A stretch of DNA of 64,000 nucleotides. Source: an uncultured bacterium. Its GTDB lineage: Bacteria; Chloroflexota; UBA5177; JANWHV01. The stretch lies in contig CAVSOU010000011.1 of assembly GCA_963729625.1 (NCBI GenBank), positions 800,001 through 864,000 on the forward strand. Direction: 5' to 3'. This document shows, in pieces, positions 50,434 through 61,014 of this stretch (position 1 is the stretch's first letter; each line of letters opens with the position of its first letter). The position numbers and the translations under genes were made by a program. The notes beneath the pieces were generated by a model that had not been told where the DNA came from, made no database searches, and saw only the letters and a program-made list of their open reading frames with translations.

Positions 50434-53373
50434 ATGATGCATCTCCCGCATTGGCTGACGCAGCGGCAACGGTTCCCCAGAGTGCTTGCCCTGCTGTTGC
50501 TGCTTACCGGGCTGCTGGCTCCTGGCCCGGCCGGGGCGACCGCTGCCAGCACTACCGCGCCGACCGCCATCACCCTGGTGGGAGGCACGGCGACTACGCC
50601 GGTTGGGACGGCCGTGCAGCATGCGGCCGGCGCTCCCAGCACCTGGGTCTGGCGCAACCCGCTGCCGCAGGGCAACACGCTCAACGCCGTCGTCTGCCCC
50701 ACCGACCTCGCCTGCGTCGCGGTGGGGGACGCCGGGACCGTGCTCACCAGCGCCGATGGCGGCAGCACCTGGGTGCTCCGCCCCTCCGGCACCGGCGCGA
50801 ATCTGCACGGCATCGCCTGCCCGACCAGCCACGCCTGCCTGGCCGTGGGCGATAGCGGCACTATTCTGGCCAGCGCGGACGGAGGGGCGGGCTGGAGGGA
50901 TCGGTCGTACCCCACCGGCAGCAACCTGAACAGCATCGCCTGCCCCACCAGCAGCATCTGCCTGGCCGTGGGCGAGGCGAGCGACTGTCCCGCCGCCGCC
51001 CCCGCCGGCTGCCTCGCCGCAGCCGGCTATGACACGATCTTGGTCAGCAATGACGGCGGAGCCACCTGGCAGAGTCATAACCCGCCCGGAGGGGACAGCC
51101 TGGAGAGCGTGACCTGCCCGAGCGCGCGGGCCTGCGTGGTCGTGGGCTCGACGATCCTCACCACGACGGACGGCGGCGCCACGTGGAAGGCGAGAAGCTA
51201 CCCAAATCCCGGCAACGGCAGCCTACCGAACGTCCTGTTCAGCGTGACGTGCTACGCCAGGGACGCGTGCCTGGCCGTAGCTCCGCAAGGCGTCGCGGTG
51301 AACAGTGCCGACGGCGGGGCGACCTGGCGCTACCGAGAGAACTACCAACTAGGGTTTGGCGTTACCTGCTTAGCGGCCGGGCACTGCCTGATCGTGGGCA
51401 GCAACGGCACCGTCGAGACCAGTGACGACGGCGGCATCACCTGGGCCAACCGCGCATCGGGCACCACCTTAACGCTCCGTGCCGTCGCCTGTGCGAGCGG
51501 TCGCGCGTGCGTGACCGTGGGTGATGGAGGCGCCGTGCTGGCCAGCGCGGACGGCGGGACCACCTGGACCAACCGCGCGACCAGCCTCAGCGGCGCCCTG
51601 CGGAGCATCGCCTGCCTCACCACCAGCGCCTGCCTGGCCGTGGGCGATAGCGGCACCATCCTGGCCACCGCCGACGGCGGCGCAAGCTGGACCGAGCGGG
51701 ACTCGCGGTACGGCCAACAGCTTTGAGTGTGGCCTGCCCGAGGTAGCCGAGCCTGCCTGGCGGTGGGCGACCACAGCCACTGTCCTGACCAGCCAGACGG
51801 GGGCGTCACCTGGCGCCGCCGTGCTCCCGGCCGCCGCGGGCTCCTGCTCTCCGGTGACCTGCCCGAGCAGCACGCTCTGCCTGGCCGAGGGGAGCCATGG
51901 CATTTCCTGGCAAGCAGGGATGGCGGCGCGAGCTGGAGCAGACGGGACGCCGCGGGCTACGCAGCTTTCGCGGTGTCGCCTGCCTACGCGCGAGCTCTGT
52001 CTGGCGCTGGACGCCGCGGCGACAGTGTCCTGCTCAGCACGATGAGGGCGTGACCTGGCGCAGGCGGCGACCGGTCCCGGCTTCGGCGGCTTGAGCGTCG
52101 TCTGCTGGGCGCCACCACGCGAACTGCCTGGCCGCGGTCCCCGGCGGCGGCATCGTGGCCACCACGGACGCCGGACGCACGTGGCAAAGCCGTCCCTCCC
52201 AGACGTCAATGGGTCACTGGTTAGACGTGGCGTGCTCGGCCACAGGCGCCTGCGTGGCCGTGGGCAGCCTTGGCGCGATGGTGGCCAGTGCCGACGGCGG
52301 GGCACCTGGACCGTCCAGTCTTCCGGCACCGACAACCTGCTCAACGCCATCGCCTGCCCGAGTGCTGGGCGGTGCCTGGCGGTCGGTCGCTACGGCACGA
52401 TTCTGGCGGGCAGCCCGGCGCAGGCGACCTGGGCGGCGGGAACACCTTCGCCATCCCCAACACGCGCCCCGACGCCGGTGCCAACGGGCACCCCTGAGCC
52501 GGCACCGGCGACGCAGTGGCACGCGCGCCGGTCGGGCGCTACGACCGACCTCTATGCCATCACCTGCCCGACCAGCACGATGTGCCTGGCGGGCGGGGGC
52601 GCTCCAGTAACGTCCTGGTCAGCGCCGATGCCGGAGCCACCTGGCACGCCAGCTCGTCGTCGCGAACGTGACCGGGCTCGCCTGTCCCGCCCGCAATTTC
52701 TGCCTCGCCGGGCGGGTGAGGACGAGTCTCAAGCTCCGGGACGCGGCGCCTGGCGGGCCGTCGCTCGAAGTCTTTCATCGACCTCTCGAGCATCGCCTGC
52801 GCCACGAGCAGCACCTGCGTGACGGTCGGTGAGCGAGGCGCTAGTGATATCCGCCGCGCCGCCGGCCACTGGAACTCGCAGGGCAGCCGCCCGGCCGCCA
52901 CAACCGCCGACCTGCTCGGCGTCGCCTGTCCCAGCAGCAGTCTCTGCCTGGCGGTCGGCCAGGCGGGCACGATTCTCGGCAGCCTGGACGGGGCCTCAGC
53001 TGGGACGAGCCGGCCCTCGGGCACCGCCAACTTCCTGTACGGCATCACCTGCTCGACCGCCAGCATCTGCGTGGCCGTGGGCTCGCGCGGCACCATCCTG
53101 ACCACCGCCGACGGCGGCGCCACCTGGTACACCCGCTCCTCCGGCACGACGAACGCCCTGGCCGGCGTCGCCTGCTCCACCGCCGGGGCCTGCCTGGCGG
53201 TCGGCGAGTATGGGACTATCCTCGCCAGCGGCGACGGCGGGGTTACCTGGACCGCCCGACCCTCGGGCACCACCGCCTTTCTGAATGCCGTCACCTGCCC
53301 CAGCGCGGCGGTGTGTCTGGCCGTGGGGCAGAACGGCACCATCCTGGCCAGCACCGACGGGATAACCGGATGA
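50434..53373 (+). pseudogene. Secreted Cys-rich BNR/YCF48-like beta-propeller protein, frameshifted in 51720-52830
   Basis: Signal peptide, WVWRNPLPQGNTL, then about 21 repeats of L-x-x-V-x-C-x5-C-x-AVG-x-x-GTIL-x-S-x-DGG-x-TW. Intact at 50434-51720 and about 52830-53373; many indels between. Confidence 0.85.
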
Positions 53374-53932
53374 CCTGACACTCCACCGTATGGAGGCAAT
53401 GGGGGCGCTATGGGAGCGGCATTGGACGAGCCACGCGAGCCTCGCCTCGCGGAAGGTCTCCCGGCGAGTGGGCGCCGTGATGCAATAGCTGCATCCGCCG
53501 CGGTATGCATGCCATCTCATTGGTCTCCTGCCATGCCCATCATGTCGCGTCGCACCATGACCCACGTGCCCCCAGCGCAGCTCGCCGCGCCCAGCACTGC
53601 ATGGCGGACACGCCGGCTCCTTCCTGGATACCGGCTGGCCGGCAGTGACTTGAGGGAAGTCGCACCTGCTGTCCACTCGTCGCTGGCAGGCGACACCTGC
53701 GCTGCCGCCGCGGCCGGAGCGGCACACTGGCCTCAACCGCATGCCGATTTGCGCGGCCGACGGGAGGCTTTGGCCAGGAATGGCCACGGCGGGCACAGGC
53801 GTACTACCATGCTGCCTGGCGGACCCATCCGTGACCGCCGGTCGATCCAGGTTCCGTGCCTATCGCGCCACTACCCGACCGCTCGTGGCGGCCAATGTCG
53901 CTGTGCTGTGAAGGAATTGGAGCGTGCGCCGT

Positions 53933-54631
53933 ATGGTCAACCTGCTTGCCAATCGCCCGTGGAGGCAAGCGTGCCTCCGCCTGGTGCCCTTCTCGCTCAT
54001 CCTTTCCGGCATTCTGGCGCCCGCCGCGACGCCATCCCGCGCTACAACCGCGACTGCCGCAGCCGCGGGGTCGGACACCTTCGCCGGCTCCAGCCTGGAC
54101 ACCTCCAAGTGGAACTACACCAACGGCAGCGCCGCCGTCACCGTCAACAACGGGCTGACCATCACCGAGGCAGCGGGAGACAGCAACCAGAACTAAGGCA
54201 TCAGCTCCAAGACCACGTTTGGCGCCGGCTACCTCACCGCCGCCTACGCCGCCGACACCCTGGGCACCTCCGCCTATTGGAACGGCATCTACGACCGCTT
54301 CAGTTGGGGCCAGTACATCGACCACTGGTTCAACAATGCCGGCAACTTCTTTTCCGACTCCACCACGAACTGCTGCCAGGGAACGACGGAAGGGGCGGGC
54401 GACAGCAACCAGCACACGTTCCAGATCGCCCGGTCCTCGACGGGCCAGCCCTACTACTGGCTGGACTCCTACTCCACCACCAACACGGACCCGACCGAAC
54501 GCAACACCAACGCGCTCAGCGTGGTGCTGACGGTGTCCAACAGCACGAGCACGGTAGCCATCCCCGACGTGATGACCGCCGCCTGGGTCAAGGTGCGTCC
54601 CTGGATTCCAACCGAGCCGGGGGTGAGCTAG
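53933..54631 (+). pseudogene. Secreted ConA-like lectin-fold (DUF2341 C-terminal-like) protein with one in-frame TAA
   Basis: Signal peptide, DTFAGSSLDTSKWN, TAA at 54194-54196. The same frame continues GISSKTTFG...HTFQIAR...WVKVRPWIPTEPGVS to TAG 54629-54631. Confidence 0.75.
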
Positions 54632-54643
54632 CGTCGATGCGGA

Positions 54644-54683
54644 CGTCACGATGCCGAAGCACCTGGAACTCGGCATCGTGACG
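54644..54683 (+). terminator. Strong hairpin downstream of the lectin-like gene
   Basis: Perfect 14-bp inverted repeat CGTCACGATGCCGA / TCGGCATCGTGACG with a 12-nt loop; no U-tract. Confidence 0.6.
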
Positions 54684-55033
54684 CCGCGGCACGGGCAACG
54701 ATAACGACACGTGCCCCGGCGAGGCCCGGCGGGCGGGCAATGAAGCCGCGGTCCAGCAGGACGCGCCGATGCTGGCCGCCCACGGTGTACCAAATGTGAC
54801 CGGCGGATTGTTGTTATCCCAGCCACGCCCCCAGTGTTTGAGGTGGGGACTGTGCCGGGAGATCCGATCAGAGCCGGCGCTCACGGCATCTTGTACCCGG
54901 AGATTGTCCCTCCGCATCCCGGGGTGGGTCCGCTAGAGCGGCCGTGAGGTGCCGACATCTCCTCCGCGACCTGGCCGGTCTCCGCCGGAGTCATGGCGTG
55001 CTGCAGCCCGTGCGAGCGCGGCGAATCATCGCG

Positions 55034-56014
55034 TCAGGGCACGCGTAGCACGATCTTGCCGATGTTGGCATTCGATTGCATGTACCGGTGCGCCTCCGGC
55101 GCCTCCGCCAGGCTATACACCCTATCCACGATGGAGCGGAGCCGTCCGTCCGCAAATCGTTGCAGGGCAAAGCCCTTGAATTGCTCGACGAGCGCCACTT
55201 TCTCCACGAGCGGGAGCGGACGCAGCACGGTGCCGATGACTCGCACCCGCTTGGCCTGCAGCGCGCCAATGTTGAGAGCGACCGATGTCCCTCCGAGCGC
55301 GCTGACCAGAATCAACCGCCCTGCCGTGGCAAGACAGGCAATATTTTGCTCCCAGTACGGCGCACCAACCATGTCCAGAATCACATCCACGCCGCGACCG
55401 CCGGTTGCCTCTCTCACCAGGGGCTCGAACGGACCGTCGTGATAGTTTATGGCGGTGATGGCGCCAAGCTCGCGACATCTCGCGGCCTTCACGCCGGAGC
55501 CCACGGTGACGATGGCCTGCGCCCCACTCTCACGCACGAGCTGGATCGCCGCCGTTCCCACGCCGCTGGCGCCGGCATGAATGAGGGCGAAGGCGCCGGG
55601 CGCCAGACCGCCAAGCATGAACAGATTGAGGTATGCGGTGAGGAAGGCCTCGGGAATGCCGGCTGCTTCTTCATACGTGAGGTTTGCCGGGAGAGGAACG
55701 GCCATCGCCGCCGGGAAGGCCACCAATTCGGCGTAGCCCCCGCCCAGCAGCAGCGCGCAAACGCGATCGCCGCGAGACCAGCCGGCTACGCCGTCTCCCC
55801 ACCCGACGACCTCACCGGCCATTTCCACACCAAGCGTTGCGGGCGCGCCGGGCGGCACCGGATAGCGGCCTTCACGCTGGGCCAGATCCAGCCGATTCAG
55901 CGCCGTGGCACGGACGCGGGCCAACAGCTCGCCGGGTCCAGGAATCGGGTCGGGCAGCTCGCCCAGCCGTAGCACGTCCGGCCCACCCGGGTGCTCGATG
56001 ACGATCGCACGCAT
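55034..56014 (-). CDS. NAD(P)H-quinone oxidoreductase (PIG3/zeta-crystallin family)
   Basis: Motifs PGGPDVL, ALNRLDLAQREGRYP, HAGASGVGTAAIQ, GRGVDVILD, GKIVL. Confidence 0.95.
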   Translation of the reverse strand: MRAIVIEHPGGPDVLRLGELPDPIPGPGELLARVRATALNRLDLAQREGRYPVPPGAPATLGVEMAGEVVGWGDGVAGWSRGDRVCALLLGGGYAELVAFPAAMAVPLPANLTYEEAAGIPEAFLTAYLNLFMLGGLAPGAFALIHAGASGVGTAAIQLVRESGAQAIVTVGSGVKAARCRELGAITAINYHDGPFEPLVREATGGRGVDVILDMVGAPYWEQNIACLATAGRLILVSALGGTSVALNIGALQAKRVRVIGTVLRPLPLVEKVALVEQFKGFALQRFADGRLRSIVDRVYSLAEAPEAHRYMQSNANIGKIVLRVP

Positions 56015-56343
56015 GTCGTCACTCCCTTCGATCTTTGTGGTTGTCGCTGCCTGTTGGCGCCCGGCCGACCTCTGCGCAACGGACCCTCTCGCCTGTGCGG
56101 CCGGGTAGAGCGCGTGCGTTTCGAACAGCACACGTTCGATGCAACGGTACCGCACTCGCTGAACAAGTCAACAGAAGCCTGCCACACCCAAGGGGTTTGC
56201 CAATGATGTTTCCCAAGACGAAGCTACTGTTGCACAAGCAGCCTGAGCCTCACCAGAGTGCAACGGCGGTGACGCGGTGCAAGGAATGGGCAAGATCGGC
56301 GTTGTATGCTGGCCCCATGAACTGATGCCGGAGCAGAAGAGGA

Positions 56344-58539
56344 ATGACGACAATGACGCTCATTCGCCGGGGCGCGCATGCCAACCGCCGTGTTCTCGTT
56401 GCGCTCGCGCTTGCTCTGCTTGCGCCCCTGCTGGCGCCAACGGCGGCGGAAGGCCCGCCGGCGCCGGCGCGTGCCGCCGAGGCCCACATGGTCTGGCGAC
56501 TTGATCAGCGCAGCTTCGACCCCTCCAGTGGCCGCGATACGATCGCGCAGACTTTCACTCCCACCTCTCAGTACTACCTTGTCCAGGTCGCGCTCAGCAG
56601 CAGCGATCCGCAAGACGAGATCTTCGTGCAGCTCGGCGACAACGACTACGATTACACCCAGGTGCAGAGCGGCGAGCAACGGTTCTTCGCGGCAACCCAT
56701 TTGCGCGCGGGAGCCATGCCTGCACTGCGCGCGATCGCCGATCCGAAGCACGACTACGGTGGGCGCACGCTTACCTATGCCGTGCGTGTGTTCTCCGCAC
56801 TCGACGTACCCCAATCATTGAGCGGAACGGCAGCCAGTGCCGTGCCGAATTATCTCCTGTTCCAGATAGCCCAGGCGGCTACCTATACGATCCACTATCA
56901 TCTGGCGTCGGGAAGCGCCGTGCTTGCGGTGGCTAACGGCAGTCAGACCAAGAAGAGCGGAAAGCTCACCGGCGATGGAGGCTTCAGCGTCGATCTGACG
57001 GCCGGACCCATGCTCGCCGAGCTCCAGCAGGTCCCTGGCAGCACCGCCATGGACTGGACTATTGTGGTGGGAATCGCGCCGGCAGCGCACGACTTCCAGC
57101 CCGCAAACAATGCCAGCCTCAAGCTGGCTCCCGAAACGGTCTCCGTCGTTACCGACCCGGGGGCCGGCCTGCTGCTGGACAGGCGGGTAGTTGCCGGCAG
57201 CTATGATGCCTCGACCAGGCGCCTGACCTACCGCCCGGCCAGGCCGCTGGCGCCCGGACTCCACTTGCTCGAGGTCATGAGCGCCGATGGCATGCCCGCC
57301 ACACGGCACGCAGAATTCCTCGTGCTGCCGCCGACCACCGTCCAGCCGCCGAGCCACCCTGCCGGGACCGTGGACGGGCAGGCCTGGGTGCGCACGAGCA
57401 CACCGGACGGTCGCTACGGGATGCTCATGCCGGAGTCATGGCAGATGGCCGGCGCCAACGGCACGGTCGTGCTGGCCGACAAGAACGGCGCGGCGTTCGC
57501 GATCCTCAACGAGCGTTTCTTGAGCACGGTCGTCGACGCATCGGAGCTCGCGCACAAAGTCGTGTCCCTGCTGCCATCGGTTTTCAAGCATCTCAAGGCA
57601 AGCGGCTCGCCCACATACGCGGGCAACGCGAACGGCGCCACGTTCTCGATGACCGTCACCACGCCGACGGGCAGCAGGATGACGCTGATCGGCTCCGTGC
57701 TGCCCTCGCCAAAGCAGTTCAGCCTGCTACTGGCCTTCGGCTTCGCCGACCCGCAGCAACCTGCAAGCGTCAAGCAGCTCAGCCGCGTGCTATCGTCTCT
57801 TGCCGCGCACGACGAGGCCGGCGTGCGAGCGGCCCGATTCTGGTCGCGCTTCGCACAGCCCGGCCTCCACCTGGATTACCCGTCGGATTGGGCGGCCGAT
57901 TTCACATCCCCAAACGTTACCTGGATTGCCGGGCCGCGGGATCAGGCAGTGATGATCGCCATCGGCTCGGAGTACGATGGTCCCGCCAACCCGTCCAATG
58001 CCGGACGGCTTGGGCAGCAGGTTCTTACCTACATCAAGAGCAATCTGCACGCGAACCTCGAGATATTGGCGAACCAGAGCGCGAATGGTGTGTACCGCTG
58101 GCTCGGCCGCTACACGAGTAAGGACGGCCGGACTGACTACGTCGAGGTTGGCCAGGCGGTGGTGGCTAATGGCCATCTCGAGAGCCTCTGGGGCGACACG
58201 AGTGTCGACCAGTTGCCGGCCAACCTGCCTGTGTTCGAGCGTTGCCTGGACAGCGCGGCTCTCTATGCGAAGGTAAAGCCGTCGCAAAGCTTCACTGTCG
58301 TATCCACAGTTCAGGCGCTCCGGGCCAACAGCCCGCAGCCAGCCTCCATAGGCCAGGGACAGACAGGAACCAGCGGCCAAACCACCGCCTCGGATTACAA
58401 GAAGGTGATGCAGCAATCGCGAACGCAGTACATTGGCTTCTCAAACTTGATGGAAACGGCCTGGAGCGGCGCTATGAACGACATCAGCGCGATGGCGGGA
58501 AGTGGCGACTACTACATGCCCGACTACTCCAACTATTAG
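56344..58539 (+). CDS. Secreted multidomain hypothetical protein (beta-sandwich/Ig-like plus two PsbP-like modules)
   Basis: GAGGA RBS, signal peptide, Ig-like LTYRPARPLAPGLH segment, two W-x(8-9)-(Y/L)-x(3)-P-x-x-W modules. Confidence 0.75.
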   Translation: MTTMTLIRRGAHANRRVLVALALALLAPLLAPTAAEGPPAPARAAEAHMVWRLDQRSFDPSSGRDTIAQTFTPTSQYYLVQVALSSSDPQDEIFVQLGDNDYDYTQVQSGEQRFFAATHLRAGAMPALRAIADPKHDYGGRTLTYAVRVFSALDVPQSLSGTAASAVPNYLLFQIAQAATYTIHYHLASGSAVLAVANGSQTKKSGKLTGDGGFSVDLTAGPMLAELQQVPGSTAMDWTIVVGIAPAAHDFQPANNASLKLAPETVSVVTDPGAGLLLDRRVVAGSYDASTRRLTYRPARPLAPGLHLLEVMSADGMPATRHAEFLVLPPTTVQPPSHPAGTVDGQAWVRTSTPDGRYGMLMPESWQMAGANGTVVLADKNGAAFAILNERFLSTVVDASELAHKVVSLLPSVFKHLKASGSPTYAGNANGATFSMTVTTPTGSRMTLIGSVLPSPKQFSLLLAFGFADPQQPASVKQLSRVLSSLAAHDEAGVRAARFWSRFAQPGLHLDYPSDWAADFTSPNVTWIAGPRDQAVMIAIGSEYDGPANPSNAGRLGQQVLTYIKSNLHANLEILANQSANGVYRWLGRYTSKDGRTDYVEVGQAVVANGHLESLWGDTSVDQLPANLPVFERCLDSAALYAKVKPSQSFTVVSTVQALRANSPQPASIGQGQTGTSGQTTASDYKKVMQQSRTQYIGFSNLMETAWSGAMNDISAMAGSGDYYMPDYSNY

Positions 58540-58557
58540 GGCATTGGCCACAAGTTA

Positions 58558-61014
58558 CTACCGCTTGACCAGGCTCGCGCAACTATACAGTTGTTGGCCG
58601 CCTCCTCTGCCGAAACCGCCGGAGTTGCTCGTCGTGGTCTGCCACTGGCTGGACGGCACCGCCGTGCAGTGCGCCCGCACCCATTGTGTCAGGTCGCCGG
58701 TGGCATCGGTGCTGCCGGTAAGCTGGCTCGACGTGATTGCGCTCTGGCCCGTATTGGCCTGCGTGAACTGACTATCGCCGCCGCCGGCCGGAATGTAGAA
58801 GTAGCGCACGGTGTTGCTGGCTACTGCCTGTGCCAGCTGGGCCGGTGTGAGAATGCGATCCCAACCCTGATAGCCGCCAAGGGCCATCGCCGGCTGGTTT
58901 GTCTGCAGGATGAACAGGCTCGCATACGACGAGCTGGTAGTCGCCACGAGGAACTTCGCTCCACGCTGGTTGGCGATCAGGTAGTTGATGAGCTTGGCGT
59001 CCAGAGTCGGTATTTGGTCGCCCGCGAAGGTCATGGCGCCGCCGCTTCCACCACCAAAGCCGCCTCCGCGCCCGGAGCCGAAGCCGCCTCCGCCCAGGAA
59101 CTGCCGCTGCGATCCGCCCTGGCCGAGAGCGAAGCCATTGCCTCCAGCAGTTGTCTGCGTCTGCCCGCCCGGTGCGCTCCCTCCGCCCGTGGCCTGCTGG
59201 GCACTGCCGGGAATCTTGCCCACACTGCCGCCGGAACTCTGGCCTGGCCTGGAGAAGCCCCCCGCTTGGCCGTTGAAGCCCTGCCCCGACACATTCGAAC
59301 CGCCCGACTGACCGCTGAAGCCCTGTCCAGGCTGGGCGAATCTGCGGTTTTGGCCGCCGAAGCCCTGGCCGAATCCGTTGCGCGCGCCCCCGAACGCGCC
59401 TCCTCCGCCAGCCGTCGCGCCCCCGCCGGGACCCGCTTGAGGCAGCCAGGCGCTCCCATCTCCATCCGCCACCGATTGTGCCGACCAGGCCGCGGGCGCG
59501 GCGGCCAGGACCAGCAGCGCCAGAGCAACCGCCGTGCCGGCCCAGATCCGCGTCCCTTCCAACACGACGCCCGGCGCTACCTGCACGTGTACGCGCAGCA
59601 ACGCGAGCGTGAGTGCCAGCGCTGCCACGACCGAACCGGCGATAAGCACGGGCTGCAGCCAGCCGCCCCAGTCCGGATACGCCTGCAAGATCTGGAACTG
59701 CAGATAGGCCGTGGCCAGCAACGCGGCCGGCAGCAGCCAGGCGACCAGGCGGTTGAGGCCTCGCCCGTCAAATGCGCCGCGAGCATAAAGCCGCCAGAGC
59801 GATGCCACGCCGATCCCGGCCAGCACGGCCGCGGGCGGCGCCAGCATCACGAGATAGTAGAGGTGGTAGAAGCGGCCGGTGCTGAAAAAGATGCTGGCCG
59901 CGGCGAGCCAACCTGCCCACAGCACAACCGACTGGCCGCGCTCGTCGAGCGGCAGACGCCAGCGAAGTCCGATCAATGCGGCGACCAGGCCGATGAGTGC
60001 AAGCGGCAGGAACCAGCTTGCCTGTTCGGCTATGACAGGAGTCACGAGCCTCAGAATGCTCGGGTTGCCGATCTCCGGCGCGAACGCCGGCACGACATTG
60101 AGGTCGATTGTAATGCCGAAGATGTGCACGCCCGATAGTCCGGAGAACAGCGCCTGCGTCACCCGCCCCAACCCGTTGTAGCCCAGGGCGAGACTGAGCG
60201 CCGAGTTCGTGCCGCTGTCGCTGACGAACGGTCGCGATCCGGCGGGCGTCATGTCGACGGCCACCAACCAGGCCAGCGAGACGATCAGCAGGGCCAGCAG
60301 CGCGCAGGCAAGGTGGGCGATGCGCGCTTTCCAGGTGCGTGGCGCTCCCAGCAGGTACATGAGCGCGAGAGCGGGCACCACGAGATAGGCCTGCATCATC
60401 TTGATGTTGAAGCCGAATCCCACCAGCACCGCGCTCAGCAGAAGAAACCGCAACTGTCCGCGCTGTGTTGCCTCGATCGCCGCCCAGGCTGCGAGCAGCA
60501 GCGTAAGGATCAGGAGGCTGTCGATCGTGTTATTGCGATCGGTAATCGCGGTGATGGGGGTGATGGCCAGTGCCAGCGCGGCGACGAGGCCGGCAACCGG
60601 ACCAAATGGGCGAGCCACGAGCAGGTAAAGCAAACCCACCGACAGCACGCCGGCCAGCGCTTCGGGCACAAGCATGCTGATGCCACTGAACCCGAACAGT
60701 TTAGCGCTGGCCACCTCGACCCACAGACCCAGCGGCGGCTTGTCCACGCTGACGAATCCGCCGGCGTCGAAGGACGCATAGAAGAAGTTATGCCAGCTGG
60801 TCAGCATGCTCTTGACGGCAGCCGCGTAGTACGAGTTCGCATAGCCTTCGCCCGAAAGGCCTATGAACTCCAGCGACGCTGCCAGCACCAGGATCGGCGC
60901 CAGGGCCGCGCGCGGCCACCAGAGAGGCAGGCCGCGCCGCTGCGACGTTGCCTCCAGGCCTTCAACTGATTGGCTGCCGGCGAGCGGAAGATCCTCCACG
61001 GCGATCGTAGCCAT
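58558..61014 (-). CDS. Glycosyltransferase family 39 (GT-C, YkcB/YycA-like)
   Basis: Motifs YANSYYAAAVKSM, SWHNFFYASFD, VDKPP, RNNTID, GFNIKMMQA, GYNGLGR, MALGGY. Gly-rich insert. Confidence 0.94.
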   Translation of the reverse strand: MATIAVEDLPLAGSQSVEGLEATSQRRGLPLWWPRAALAPILVLAASLEFIGLSGEGYANSYYAAAVKSMLTSWHNFFYASFDAGGFVSVDKPPLGLWVEVASAKLFGFSGISMLVPEALAGVLSVGLLYLLVARPFGPVAGLVAALALAITPITAITDRNNTIDSLLILTLLLAAWAAIEATQRGQLRFLLLSAVLVGFGFNIKMMQAYLVVPALALMYLLGAPRTWKARIAHLACALLALLIVSLAWLVAVDMTPAGSRPFVSDSGTNSALSLALGYNGLGRVTQALFSGLSGVHIFGITIDLNVVPAFAPEIGNPSILRLVTPVIAEQASWFLPLALIGLVAALIGLRWRLPLDERGQSVVLWAGWLAAASIFFSTGRFYHLYYLVMLAPPAAVLAGIGVASLWRLYARGAFDGRGLNRLVAWLLPAALLATAYLQFQILQAYPDWGGWLQPVLIAGSVVAALALTLALLRVHVQVAPGVVLEGTRIWAGTAVALALLVLAAAPAAWSAQSVADGDGSAWLPQAGPGGGATAGGGGAFGGARNGFGQGFGGQNRRFAQPGQGFSGQSGGSNVSGQGFNGQAGGFSRPGQSSGGSVGKIPGSAQQATGGGSAPGGQTQTTAGGNGFALGQGGSQRQFLGGGGFGSGRGGGFGGGSGGAMTFAGDQIPTLDAKLINYLIANQRGAKFLVATTSSSYASLFILQTNQPAMALGGYQGWDRILTPAQLAQAVASNTVRYFYIPAGGGDSQFTQANTGQSAITSSQLTGSTDATGDLTQWVRAHCTAVPSSQWQTTTSNSGGFGRGGGQQLYSCASLVKR

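Noticed and set aside
50640-53360. Regularly spaced DNA repeats (gacggcggc...acctgg) as a CRISPR array
   Set aside because: Repeats are degenerate at third codon positions with ~125-bp period and encode BNR protein repeats; no cas genes are present.
54194-54196. Selenocysteine/pyrrolysine recoding
   Set aside because: The codon is TAA, not TGA or TAG, and all other genes use standard stops.
56190-56215. Fluoride or c-di-GMP riboswitch
   Set aside because: GCCAATGATGTTTCCC cannot form the fluoride P1 stem; GGCAAACC lacks the GAAA loop and GACGCAAA partner.
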